A DNA stretch of 64,000 bases from Octopus sinensis (Eukaryota): positions 38,502,001-38,566,000 of the forward strand of contig NC_042999.1 in assembly GCF_006345805.1 (NCBI RefSeq), in the 5' to 3' direction. Numbering within the stretch: the first letter of the stretch is position 1; each line of letters begins with the position of its first letter. A program made the position numbers and the translations under genes. The notes below the pieces were generated by a model. It was given only the letters and a program-made list of their open reading frames with translations, did not search any database and was not told the origin of the DNA. Below are positions 13,445 to 26,227 of this stretch, piece by piece.

Positions 13445-13884
13445 GTGATGATGATGATTATGATGATGTTGATGATTTCTTTTAGAGGCCTCAAGGGACC
13501 AAGACACGAAAAATAATTATCAAAGGACAAAATACAACACACAGCACATATGAAGTTACATATTTCAAGGGGAGACACTACAAAATTATATGATATAACA
13601 AAATAATATAATAATAGAAATTAGAAGTACAAATAATAAATAGATACGATACAATCTCGAATAATGAGGAAGTTAACTTAGGGTAATTCGGGGTAACTTC
13701 CAAAAAAATATCCGGATTACTCTGCCATCCACAAATCATGGGACGGGCATGCAATATAATGAGAAGTGCATGAACTATTGCATGTAAGAAGGTTTTTTCC
13801 TCCTTGCATGTATGCATGCATACATACATACATACATACATACATACATCATACATACATACATACATACATACATATACATAC

Positions 13885-13915
<31 letters not shown>

Positions 13916-13946
13916 CATACATACATACATACATACATACATACAT

Positions 13947-14285
13947 AAAGCTGAAGATCAGTGAAATAGAGAAAAACCTGTACTGAACTATTGAGAAATC
14001 TGCAGTTACTCTATCCAGATTACAATTTTGGGTTTATATCTGTAATTATTGGGGCCCTGGAATATGTAACACACTGCCTAAATACCAATCTTGATAAATT
14101 AGGCTTACAAAAATCAGAAAGGAGAAAGCTATTCCGAAGACTATAGATCCAATCCATAATGGAATTGTAAAAATCTGTAAAACTTTCCAGTTTATCATTT
14201 AAATAGATATGAGCATCTCTAGATATGCAACTATATGCATGAGAATACATACATAAAACATACAAATCTGCACGTACATACATAC
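13947..14285 (+). mobile_element. RLE-type non-LTR retrotransposon 3-prime end embedded in (CATA)n
   Basis: Degenerate KISEIEK..Y.ELLRNLQLLYPDYNFGFISVIIGALEYVTHCLNTNLDKLG..KLFRRL*IQSI..VKICKTF. (CATA)n on both sides. Confidence 0.7.
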
Positions 14286-14299
14286 ATACATACAGGTAT

Positions 14300-14515
14300 A
14301 TATATGATCTCTTAAGCACCACCAGCTCAAATATTGTCTCCTCTGTCTTCCCTCCATGGTATCTTTCCTTCTCCTTGTTTCCGACGAAGAGCTCCGCTCG
14401 AAACGTTAAACCCTCCTTCCCTTCTTTCCTGAGCGTCAATAATACTTTAATTGTTCCACGTCCTGCGTTGCTGTGTTTTTTTTCTCTTTTTTTCTGTGTT
14501 TTCTTGTTTGGATTA

Positions 14516-14520
<5 letters not shown>
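14300..14520 (+). mobile_element. ~200-bp non-coding HHR element, family D (copy 1)
   Basis: GTTT-CCGACGA-A-GAGC-tcc-GCTC-GAAAC-GTT-AAAC at 14377-14411. Ends ttgtttggattaag directly into (TA)n. Confidence 0.8.
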
Positions 14521-14611
<91 letters not shown>

Positions 14612-17600
14612 GTGTACGAATAACAAGGAAAAAAAAAAATAAATAATTACCAGGGTAGCAAAAGTTCACAGCATGAAGTACCAAATATATTAGCCTATTT
14701 ATAACGGTAGAAATTCCAATTTTAAGTGAAATTTTTTTGCATAAAATGGATAAACGGAGTACGGTGGTACGACTGTTTGTTTCTATGACAAATACATTTG
14801 AAATGTATTTTTTTAAAAGACATTCGTATTTTGTCCTAGTTCTAATTAATCGTATGTTTGTAAGTTACAATATCATTGGCTATATCATCGTCGCTAAGTA
14901 CTTATACAATATTTAACGCCGATCTATATATAAGAGCACTCACTCAATTGGTGCCAATGGCTTTTCAAACTGGCTACGTTGCATTACCCTGATGCCTAGG
15001 ATTTCTAAAGAAATCGGGAAAAGGTAATTATTATTAGTTAATTTTACTGTACGAGATATATGGCATGATGTATTCGCTATATATTATAGACATTCCTTAT
15101 TTAGGCATAAAGCAAGAAACTTTGGGAAGACTATTTCTCAACTACATCGGCCTGCTAATTGAGTAGTATTTATTTAATCTGTTAAACAATGAGAAAAGGC
15201 AAAATAGACTTAGGTACTATTTGAACGTTGAAAATACAGGAACTGAACAAATATCACATGATAATTTATCCGAAACTTTAGTTATCTATAGATAACTACA
15301 GCTTATTCATAGTTATCTCCCCTTAGTTTTCTACGGATGATATTGGAAATCAATAAATTTCTAGGACGAAAATATTAGTTAAGCAACTTCAAAAATATTG
15401 GTGCGAAGAGCACATATTATTTTGGTTATATTCGAGTCTGATATATTGTAAAGCAAAATGCATAAACAGCTAAGCATTTTCGTTTGATTCGCTTGTTAAA
15501 TTTGCTTTCAACTTTGTGCCATATATCGCTTCCGTTTCTAAGTTATTGGCTGGGGTATTACATCAAACGTACCCTAATTTAGTTTGCATCATACCATCAA
15601 GGAAATTGATGAATCATCCTCTAGACATAATGTTTTATTGCTGCATATACTTATCTCCCTGTATTTTATTTATCTGTATCATGTCACAGTGAACTTTTAG
15701 TTTAACACCCATGAGTACGTAGCACAATTTCCTTTTGTATGTTCGATCATTGCAATAATTCGAAAACACTACTCTGAAAATGTTTCCCAAGTCCCAAAGC
15801 ACAATAATCAAATAATTTGTCACGAAGAAAGAACGTGACAAATCTCATTTCCACGAAGTCAAAAGCAACATTTGTTAAGAATATTTAACAGATGGAAACC
15901 AGTATCATATTGTCGTGCACCTAGATTGCATAATAATTAGTTTACTGAGAATTTTCTTATATTACAGTAGGTTAACACTTATTATATGGGTATAACAAGG
16001 TACGTGTTTTTTAAAAAAAATCAATGAAAATACTTCATTTTACAACTGGAAATATATCTTACAGAATAATATTAATAAGTGTTGCGATAAAATGTTATTG
16101 CAGATCAGTTGTAAAGAAGCGTAGTATTTTATTCAAACCGATTCCTTCATAAATAATTTTCTCCAGAATCGGTGCACGGACAGGAATGTTTTACATAATA
16201 TAGCTTATAACATTATTGATTAGCGAGATCGATGTATATGTCACCTGCTTCAGATCGACGTTTGATGGAAGTGTGAAAGATCCGGACTACCACCGGGCTG
16301 AATTTGCAGCAAAAAAATATTTGATACAACTCTGTGAGTGGGAGAGTGCTGAAGAGAAAAAAATAATATGAACCTTGTTGTATAATGTAGAGAATGACAT
16401 ATAGACAGAATGAAGAATGTGTATTTGTGTAAGTAGTTGTAACATATTAAAATATACTTCCGGTCAACTGAATGAACATTTTGCTTGCAGTTTCGTGTAG
16501 TATCTATTTTAGCCGTAGCATATACTAGTAATCTAACATTCTTCGAACGCGTGGTTACTGTACTTTCAGTAAGCAATCCCATAATGAGCATAGTCTTCAA
16601 ACTGCAGATAGCAGTTGTGAATATAACAATGTCATAAGGTAACGTGAGAGCTTGACTAAAGTCGCTTTTCTAACCACTTTGAGGGATTCATTTCTATGTT
16701 TTTCATTTTCAAGGAAATGAAACTCCTATTGTTGTATAAGCATGGCGTGAGAATACTTCAAGCAGCTGATCACACCACACACCGCGTTGAAAGGTTGGTA
16801 TAACATTAAGAAATGACTTATATAACAATTATAGAAGTCTCTGTACTGTAAATGTGAAAAAAAAAATCAATCATTATTACATGTAATAAATGTGCTTTGC
16901 TAATTTTGAAGAATCTTAGATGTCAGAAAAAATATCAGAGTAAATCGGAGCGGAATCATGCAACCAAAGTACAATTTTTGGGTTAACTATCATGGGTGGT
17001 AACAATCACACTGTTTACAGGGGTAAAAATGATATATCATTAGCATTGTAGATTGTGTATTCAAAGAATAGAAGCAAATAGGAGAGAGATTTTGGTTTCT
17101 CGTATCATATTTTAAATAGTAATACCAAGGAACAGCGCCATAGTTGATAGAATTGAGCAGTAACCTTTCCAAAATGTCTGGTTTATCATGGCGAGCTTCT
17201 CTGTTTCAGGTTAGATAGTACTGATGTATTGTGCTAGAAGGCGCTGTTTTACAGCAATATAAGTAGGAAATAGGACGTAGATTTTCTTGTGTATGTAAAA
17301 ATCAAACGAAATGAGTGGGTGGGGAAATAGTTAAAGCCTTGCCGTCATTTATCCAGTCACGTTTCATCTGAATTCACCTTACAAATACAGTACAGTCAAC
17401 ATATTCTGAACCATATCCGCATTAACTATTATTAGTATTTCGAATGAAATATAAATGATGCTGGACGTATTTATACGCTTTACAAGTTATCGAATCGGCA
17501 ATATATTTCTGTTATAAGTTGGTCCCAGAGGGTAGTCAAGTAATAAGATTTTATGCACATATTACTATTAGTACTCTTCAGGTGTTAACTGACCATTTTT

Positions 17601-20391
17601 AAAATTCAGGACCTACAAAACTTGCTCGTTGGGTTTAATCGAAACCGGCCTGTTATTTAATTTGTTCGATCTTTATGCAAGAACACATATAAGTTCCCTA
17701 TTTTCAAATATGTCTTTCTAAGTCTTTCGTTGTGGTAAATATCGCATTCATAATAAGAGAGACAACACAATATTGAACTACTCACATCTTCCGAATGGAG
17801 AGAAAGAAGGACCAGCTGAAATTGATCCTCGGATAAGAGAGATTTTTCCAGAACTTGCAACAGAATAGAATATGTGAAAAGGAACCACATGTCATGTGGT
17901 TGTGTAAAACAAAATACGGATTAAATCTAGCTCATTATATTGCATGTGAAAATGGCAAAAAAAATCATAAACCAGAAATGTATTAATATTAATTTATAAT
18001 ATCATTCGTCATTTCGGGAGACGATAAAATAACTACCAGTTGAACACTGAAATTGATATAATCGAGTTACACCCTCCCCCTAGTAGCCTCGTGCTAAACT
18101 TTGAGACCCATATCAAATTGTAATTTGAGGATGTTTCATTCTCAAGAAAATTAAGTTTTTATTGTTACATACGCGTAAGTATTATCCAGGCTGCTTGTCG
18201 CAATACATACCACCACATTGACAGGGCAGTGTTACATTAGCAAATATTTTATATAAATTTCCGTTCCGTAAATGTTGTGCATTACGTTGAGTAGAATACT
18301 TATTTCATGGAAGTATGTTGTAAATTCCTTCATTGTCAAAAATAAAAGTGAAAAGGTTTTCTTTTTCATATTATGCATCGCAACATTCCTATAGATCTGA
18401 CTGTAAAGTCCATTCTGTCACTCGTAATCGAAATGTATCAGCGTAAGTTTAGTATATTATTTATTACATTTTACGACATAAAGTTTCGGAATATCATTGA
18501 CGATTCACTCTTATTATTAATTTGTGAGAAAGAGCTGCCCACTAATATTGTAAAGTGAAGCCTGAAGCATATTCAAATATTCTTGTCAATAAATTGACCG
18601 TTTTCTGAAGTTCGTTACAAGTCAAACATTTCTTTCAAGGCATTATTACCATATATTTTCATGTATTAAATTCATAATATTCTAATTATGTTTGCAGGTT
18701 ATCTTAATGATTCTTTATTGCTAAAATGAAAATATTTACGACGTACAGAAACTTCTCAAGTCCATGTATTTTTCCCCTGCACAAATTTCTCGAAATTTTC
18801 TAACTATAATGAAACTCTTTCATCTCATATTTTATTATTAATTTTTGTCATTTACGATATTTTCTTATTTCTGTATTTTTATATTTTCTTGGAGAAACTG
18901 AGTTAAGACTGACTGTTAAATTGCTCAGAGTCATAATTTAATTGCAAATATTTTCACTTTGAAAAGCTAAAAGAATTTGCCATTAGCGCCAATTATTTCA
19001 CTCCCATTTTCAATTGTAACGTTAATCAACTTCAAAAAGCAAGATTGCCTGCAAAAGAAGAAAACTCGACAGATTTTGTCTTGTTATAAATTAATGGCAT
19101 AACGTCGGAAAATGGAGGAGCACAAAACATTTTTGAATTTACAGAAATATGTTATTAAAAGCACGTTCGGTTGAAACCAGTTGAACATATATTGCTTTTA
19201 ATTTCGAAATATGATTTTGTGAAGTGTTCTTTACATTTTAATTGAAAATTCTGTATTGTATTGAGCCACAATTTATAATGGATATGCTTAGGGTTTGGTC
19301 ATAATTCTCCTCATATTTTATCTAATTTGGTGATTTTTTTTTATATAAGATCATATAAACTTTTCAACAATGAAGAATTATTCGAATAAAATTTGCCCCT
19401 AGGAAAATCTGACGTTAAAGAATATGCTATGTATTATTAAATGAAATTATTGATTGCCTCAGATATTGTTCATGATAATTCTAAGCAGATTCATCTGGGC
19501 ACAAGATTCGTAAAATTTTAATATATAAAGCGTATTGTTATTTCTATTTGCGTATCTACACAGTATGGTAACGTTAAAACCTCGCGCCAGTTATTCTGAA
19601 ATGAAATGAATAGAAATAATTTTAAAATGTAATTATCCAGAGAGAGAGAGAGAGTGCTGAACCGGATATTTTTCAAAATTTCGGTCATCTCAAGGGCAAG
19701 CGATATTCTATTGGTCGTTGTCACAAGAGTCTAAGTATGAGGCTTTTCTGTAACGATTTCAAAGCTACATCAAGCCATCGAAAACACAAATATACATACT
19801 AGGTGCACACAAACACACTCACACGCGCGCACACACACATACACACATTATTAATGTTTAGTAGAAGCAACAAAGTTACTCAAATGGAGTTAGCAATTTA
19901 AAAGACAACTCGTGAGCAAGAATAGCAAGAAAGTTGTATTACAACCGTATATAATACCACTTGCTCAAATCCGAGCCATGCCTCGAAAACAACCAGACAC
20001 TGATTTTAGCAAGTGGTATTATATAGCCTATTTAAATTTGCCTTATATTGTGCCTGTAATGGTGTGAACTTGCTGGCCACCTTATTTTTACCTTATTAAT
20101 ATCATTAATAACAGTCGTAATACATCTTTATCTAATGTATATATAATTGTTAAAGAGGACAACAAACATTAAGGCAAGGCAAACATCTCAAGTAGTATAC
20201 AATATAATTAATATTGTCCTCGTTAACAATTATATAGCCGCTGCATCGGAAATCTGCAATGGCTCCATAACTACCGTCTCGGCTATAACCTTGGAGTCCT
20301 AGAAATCCCTTACAGCAGTTATCTAGCGTACCTAGTCGTTTAGATCACCTGTGAACTAAACTTCCATACTTTGTATGTGTATACATACACA

Positions 20392-20730
20392 CGTGGTGAC
20401 CACCTTCGGTCAGACACTGACCATGGGTTTGCACCTAGAGAGTTACCCTCTGAGGTACAAGTCTGAGCAAGGTTGTTTTTTGGAAGACCAGGAGTCGCCC
20501 ATGCATACCGGCCTCCCCTCTCCACGTCACCGGTGTTGTCCAAGGGAAACGCAAGGGCCGATACAGCTTGGCACCTGTGACGTCGCAACTCATTTCTACA
20601 GCTGAGTGTACTGGAGCAACGTGAAATAAAGTGTCTTGCTCAAGAACACAACACGCAGCCCGGTCCGGGATTCGAGCTCACAACCTCACGATCGTAAGCT
20701 CGACGCTCTAACCATTGAGCCACGCGCCTT
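20392..20730 (-). mobile_element. tRNA-derived SINE (family B)
   Basis: Minus strand aaggcgcgtggctcaatggttagagcg...gagctcgaatccc (A and B boxes). Body shared with 9199-9446. Confidence 0.92.
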
Positions 20731-22825
20731 CACACGTATATATATATAATCAAGACATTTCACTCGTGTTTTCGTCTGTGATTCATTAAAGGACTGTTGT
20801 ACCTGTATAGGAATCATCTTAGGACCATAAAAATGCATTAAAAATCACTGTTTTTCATTTGCTATCTTGACTTACTGAAAAGAACTTAGAATGTAGTTTC
20901 ATATTAAAGTTCTGTTTGATTTCCATTTGTAGGCATTGCTTTTCATCAAGGTGTTTTCTTTGCAACTATGGAATATGGGACTCCGTCCCAGTGCATATCC
21001 CAACGTGCATGACTTTCTAGCATCGCCATCAGCCAACAAATCCTTGTAAGTGAAATTTGGTAACTATAAATTGTATGGATGTCCGTCGGTGTCATCCCTC
21101 CATGCTGGAAGCTATTGATTTAATTTGCTTAACGCGTCTATCAGAATCTTTGCTATCAAATCTCAGGTGGCTTCTGTATTCGTGTAACAAACTTTTCAAT
21201 CTGCGGATGACTTATCCTATATTCTCCAGTCTGAGGTAGAGATTCTCAAATGTGTAATACACGCTTCAATCCCGTTCTGACGGAGCCAAAGGAAAATGAA
21301 ATTTCAACCAGTTAGCAATAAGGAAGGAATATGTTTAACTTTGCCCGTAGTACACGTTGTATTATATAAAGTAGTATAGTTTACGAACTGACAACAACAT
21401 ATGATATCATGAATAACTGCAAAATAATCAAAGATGAAACCATTCTACTTTAACGTTTCCTCACATTTTTCCGAACATATTCGTTGGTAAATTCCAGTAG
21501 TGTACTGAAAATCAAAGGATTAGCTTTACTTTAGATAAGCCGGTGGATTATCAAATATATCAGTTTATCTAAAATAAAAATAGTTTCTGAGTCATAGGTT
21601 ATCACATGCAGAACATATTGAGTTTCCGACTAATTATGATTGTTCTTCGATGTATATTTTGATTATTAATAGATTTCAATACCATATTCTGTTGCGCTTA
21701 TTGCCCTAAGGAAGCATCTTTATAAGTTCCACAAAAATTTTATCTTTCGCAGAAATGGCCCTTACAATCCAGCTTCAATGTGTTCATGTTTAGCGGCATA
21801 ACAACATCTTGTAATGATATTTTCCACCAGTGCACACAACGTATATCTCACCAATTATATATTTACACATAATAGCATTTGCATTATCATTAATGGATAT
21901 ATAGGATATTGTGTTGCGTTACAGCAACATTTGAAGCAATGTTTAACACAATATTTCAACGTTGAAGATAGAGGGACAAAATGATGCTGAATTGAAAGGA
22001 TACAATCCATGAAAAGACAGAACATCAACCCTTTGTTTCTTTTGTTGTAATACCTTCCAATACTTTGCACATTCCGTATAGGGAACTGCGCTATCAAGAA
22101 GATAGCATTGCATTGTTAACACGCATGAATCGCTTATATGAAGGGTCCATTATATTGGAATAAACAACTCGCTCGTGCCAAATGACAAAATGTATTAAGG
22201 TGGCATTTCATGTAGAAGTAATGGAAAACATGAAATGCATAATGTTGCGAAAGAAGACCATACCAACAATATGCGTGAGAACAAACAGCTAGCGTTTCAA
22301 GAGTATAGCGTTAAATGTTTATAATATGAAATTATATTTTAAATAATCATTTGGAAATAGACTAGAAGCAAAGCAAAAGAATAATATAACTGAAAAATCC
22401 ATAATAATTATTCATATAAAGAAAGGCAAACATAAAGCACGTGTGGATCAATTAATATTTTATTCGCAACTCAACACAGTTTGAAATGCAACGATGATCT
22501 CATTCATATATTTATGGTAAAATTACGGTGTGATATTGTTGTATTTATATATGAATAGAAAATATAACATGTCAATAAATGAACTAAGAACGTCTCGTTT
22601 ATTTAATTATCTGATTGGATAAAAAAAGTGCTTTGGAAACCAGTGTTGCTTGACGAAAATCAATTCATACATGCATATGTTTGTATGAATTTACTTGCAT
22701 ACACAGATATATACACAAATATATATATACACATATAGACATGTATATGCTCCTGCATTCAGAAATATATACATATATGTATATACAGATATATACTTTC
22801 ATATATACATCATATATACATACAG

Positions 22826-23287
22826 GGAGAGACGTGACTGTGTGCTAGAAAGTTTGCTTTCCACCCATGTTGTTCCGAGTTAAGTCTCACTGCTAGGTAC
22901 GTTGGGTCTTCTATTATAGTTACGGGCTGACCAAAGCCGTGTGAAAAGATATAGTAAAGGGAAACTGAAAGGATCCCGTCATGTTTGTATTTGCGTGTAT
23001 GTGTGTGTGTATGTGAATATATGTGCGCGTATGTATGTGAAGTTGAGTTTGAGAGTATGTGTGACTGACTGCGTCTGTGTTTGTCATCCACCATCACTTA
23101 CCAATCGGTGTTGGTATATTTACGTTTTTGCAACATACCAATTCGGCAAAGAGTCCGATAGGATAATTGCCAGACTTTAAAAAGATAATAAGTACCGGAG
23201 TCCGATTCGTTGGACAGAAATTCTTCAGAAGGGTGTCCCATTATGGATGCAAACGAAAGACTGAAAATTGTAAAAGATAAAAAAAAA
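22826..23287 (+). mobile_element. tRNA-derived SINE (family A), degraded
   Basis: Colinear with 23703-24107 (tgtg..agtttgc, ggaaactgaaag, internal (GT)n, ttcggcaaaga..cgatag). Confidence 0.8.
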
Positions 23288-23451
23288 GATAAATACAAAC
23301 ATACGCACATACATACATACATACATACATACATACATACATACATACATACACACATACATACATACATACATACATACATACACACATACATACATAC
23401 ATACATACATACATGCACACACACACATATGCACGTTTACATACATTCTTT

Positions 23452-23497
<46 letters not shown>

Positions 23498-23702
23498 GCA
23501 TGCAAAAATACCTCGTTGTTGATGTTGAAATGCCAATGAAGTAGCCTTGGATAAAAGTTAGAAACCGGCTCTTTCTGTGTTGGCAAGAATTTTTGAAATA
23601 AACTGAATAACGACATACATATATAATACATACATATAAAAATACCCTGTTAATGTTGTTCAAATTCCAATGAAGGAACCTTGGATCTAGCTCTTTTGCC
23701 AA

Positions 23703-24107
23703 GGCGCAGGAGTGGCTGTGTGGTAAGTAGCTTGGTTACCTACCACATGCCTCCTGGTTCAGTCCCACTGCGTAGCAACTTGGCCAAGTGTCTTTTACTA
23801 TAGTCTTGGCCCGACCAAAGTCTTGTGAGTTGAATTGGTAGAAGGAAACTGAAAGAAACCCGTCGTATATATGTATATGTGTATATGTGTGTGTGTGTTT
23901 GTGTGTCTATGTTTGTCCCCCGCCCAACATCGCTTGACAACCGATGCTGTGTGTTTACGTCCCCATAACTTAGCGGTTCGGCAAAATAAACGGATAGAAT
24001 AAGTACTAGGCTTACAAAGAATAAGTCATGGGGTCGAGTTGCTCGACTAAAGGAGGTGCTCCAGCAAGGCAGCAGTCAAATAACTAAAACAAGTAAAAGA
24101 GTAAAAG
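23703..24107 (+). mobile_element. tRNA-derived SINE (family A)
   Basis: ggcgcaggagtggctgtgtggtaag (A box), ggttcagtccc (B box), internal (GT)n, tail agtaaaagagtaaaag. Confidence 0.92.
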
Positions 24108-24109
24108 CA

Positions 24110-24400
24110 TTATATATTTTTTTACCCGTTTATTACTGTTATTTTATTATTTTAACTTCTGTCCATTGTCCTGAAATCTTTCCTTACACATTTGTGACCT
24201 CTTCAGCGACACTTTCCGTTTCTGTGTGTGTTCTTGCTCCACTTAATCCATTCTGTTCTAAGATATGTATTCTTATGTGCGCATGCGTTTGTGTCATTGT
24301 TTGTTTGATTCTTTGTTTGTGTGTGTTTGTACGTGTGTATGGGTGTGTATGTGTGTATGCTTGTGTGTCTCATAGGTTTAAGCCGCTGTGTTTTGACTTT
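24110..24400 (-). mobile_element. PLE pseudo-LTR with decayed HHR
   Basis: Minus strand CTGAAGA-GGTCAC-aaat-GTG..GAAAG. Inverted homologue of 25165-25300. Confidence 0.6.
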
Positions 24401-24457
24401 AGCATCGCTACTATGATAACGGATACTTATTAATCCGACCGCGTATATGTATATATG

Positions 24458-24539
<82 letters not shown>

Positions 24540-24541
<2 letters not shown>

Positions 24542-25300
24542 TTTGATCACTTTGACCGACCAGTCCGTCAGACGTCCATTTGACACCGCTGGTCACAGCA
24601 CGCTGTTCACTCCTCTCTGGATCGCGCCTTTCTCATCCACGTGATCCCAATCGTCCTCTTGAAATCCATTGTGCTGCTACTGCCCTAAGACCCCTGTTTA
24701 CGGTTTTCCCCTGTCCTTTTCCTTTTCCATTTCCCTTTCTGTTAACATCCTTTCTGTATTTAGTCATGTGGTGTGGTGGATGTTACTGTTCCATTCATGT
24801 TTTCTGTTGAGGCTCTATCTGTTTATTGTTATGTGTGTAGCTTCTGTAATCTAATTGTAATGTCAGTTCTATATGTTGGTAGTACGTTAACCTCTATGCC
24901 ATTAGTCGAGGTTCCATGTTCTGCTGGAGCTTGTTGTTTGCGCACTGACAAGCTTTTCCCTTCTTTGAGCTCTCGCCAATGATCACAAATACGTTTTCCT
25001 ATGCTGCATGCAGTCTCTCCTTGTAGGTACCTGTCATGTTTCTGTGCCATCCCTCAGTACATCGTAAGCTATACACTACATTCCTAACCTTACAGTTAAC
25101 CTGTGGGTTCATCTTACATACAACACAATTGTATCCCGTACATGAGGAATTATCGAAAGGATAGGCATTGAAGATCAAGAACACACACGTAAATGAAAAG
25201 TGTCCCTGAAAAGGTCATAAATGTGTGACGAAAGATGTCCGGACAATGGACAGACGTTACAATAAAATGACAGTAATAATCGAGAGAGAAAAATATCGTG
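24540..25300 (-). mobile_element. PLE GIY-YIG relic with inverted pLTR at its 5-prime side
   Basis: Frameshifted CVVC..NCKVRNVVYSLRC and YLQGETACSIGKRICDHWREL (ORFs 24999-25184, 24829-25050). Plus-strand HHR-like GTCC-CTGAAAA-GGTCA..TGAC-GAAAGATGTC-CGGAC at 25202-25244. 3-prime end at (TA)n. Confidence 0.7.
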
Positions 25301-25370
25301 CGTGTGTTTATTTGGCAAAAAAAAAAAGAAAAAATACCATCCTGAAATGCAACAATATGTATATATATAT

Positions 25371-26152
25371 ATTTATATTGTATAGAGGGCATTATTACAC
25401 ATAAATTCCTCACACTAAGAGGGACATAAGTCATTACTACCAAAATTTCACTAATGATACCTAATGCAGTTTTTCATTAGGTATGATTAGTGAAATTTTG
25501 GTAATAATGACTTATGTCCCTCTTAGTGTGAGGCATTTATGTGTAATAATGCCCTCTATACAATATAAATTAATATGTTCAAAAGAAAAAATTATTTTCG
25601 AATTTTTCTCTTATGAGGTTTTTCACGCTAACTACCTGATAATTTCTTGTTAAGATTCCTTATTAAGAAGTTATCCTTAATTGTTAAATTTATTCCGAAA
25701 AAACTTTTCCTACCACCATGCAGTTCGAAAAAGCCCGCCATTTACCGAATATATGATTTATAAACATCTCCATGTGCTTCACCGGAGAGAGCAGATGTCT
25801 GTTCGACTTCGCCAGGTAATGTTCGTCGTTTATTTATGATGTGTTCAGAATCAGTTCTACTGATGAGCATGGACGCATTTTTTATGCGGTAAGTGTAAAA
25901 TCACAGGTGATATAAAACTAAATTCATTTTTTAAATGTCTTGCTTTGAAAAACTGCATTAGGTATGATTAGTGAAATTTTGGTAGTAATGACTTATGTCC
26001 CTCTTAGTGTAATAATGCCCTCTATACAATATAAATTAATATGTTCAAAAAAAAATTATTTTCGAATTTTTCTCTTATGAGGTTTTTCACGCTAACTACC
26101 TGATAATTTCTGGTTAAGATTCCTTATTAAGAGTTATCCTTAATTGTTAAAT

Positions 26153-26153
<1 letters not shown>
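25371..26153. repeat. 96-bp-arm hairpin plus 481-bp-period partial tandem duplication
   Basis: Arms 25371-25466 and 25475-25570 (3 mismatches, 8-nt loop). 25475-25690 repeated at 25956-26153 with a 15-bp deletion. Confidence 0.9.
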
Positions 26154-26207
<54 letters not shown>

Positions 26208-26227
26208 CTAAGGATAAAATCATTATA

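Noticed and set aside
16200-17870. Candidate host exons, e.g. 17722-17868 FRCGKYRIH..PAEIDPRIREIFPELATE* and 16245-16300 on the minus strand
   Set aside because: Short, no recognisable domain and no consistent exon chain; would need RNA-seq or TBLASTX support.
20933-21045. AG..GTAAGT-bounded open segment (ALLFIKVFSLQLWNMGLRPSAYP..)
   Set aside because: Splice signals plausible but the peptide is unrecognised; expected by chance in 64 kb.
25837-25890. Possible micro-exon ISSTDEHGRIFYA resembling part of a WW domain, followed by GTAAGT
   Set aside because: Lacks both tryptophans, is only 13 aa and lies inside a repeat-like unit.
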